Shown here: positions 16,023 through 16,024 of the stretch, one piece after another
Numbering within the stretch: the first letter of the stretch is position 1
Layout of the letters: each line of letters opens with the position of its first letter
Origin: Oligoflexales bacterium
GTDB taxonomy: Bacteria; Bdellovibrionota_B; Oligoflexia; Oligoflexales; RGVZ01
DNA: 16,024 nt
Assembly (NCBI GenBank): GCA_044236265.1
Contig: JBIIGV010000066.1
Coordinates: 1-16,024 of the forward strand
Direction of reading: 5' to 3'
Notes under the pieces: generated by a model
What the model saw: the letters and a program-made list of their open reading frames with translations, nothing else
Database searches by the model: none
Told to the model about the DNA's origin: nothing
Position numbers and translations under genes: made by a program

Positions 16023-16024
16023 AG

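Overview
Gene-dense bacterial chromosomal window with no rRNA/tRNA, CRISPR or mobile element that I can support. The gene style (many orphan lipoproteins, a huge Ig/beta-propeller surface lipoprotein, sigma28-like promoters) suggests a Bdellovibrionota/Oligoflexia-like organism, but that is inference only. Left to right: a small Cys-containing lipoprotein (-), a small secreted beta-sandwich protein (-), a 447-aa lipoprotein (+) with a degenerate anthrax-lethal-factor-like domain and a microcin-B17-like Gly/Cys/Ser tail, a helical lipoprotein (-), a stand-alone TGS-less threonyl-tRNA synthetase (-) with terminator, a 2160-aa multidomain surface lipoprotein (+), an enolase-superfamily dipeptide epimerase (-) and a 5'-truncated DUF4175-like protein (-). 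Best leads: (i) the 447-aa protein looks like a secreted prepropeptide (carrier domain, GGFALA|GG linker, Cys-rich cargo); (ii) a short [FM]-x-L-[ADS] linker motif recurs in all four otherwise unrelated lipoproteins; (iii) three of those four genes share a TAAA-N16-NCCG sigma28/FliA-like promoter. Together these hint at a co-regulated set of processed surface proteins.
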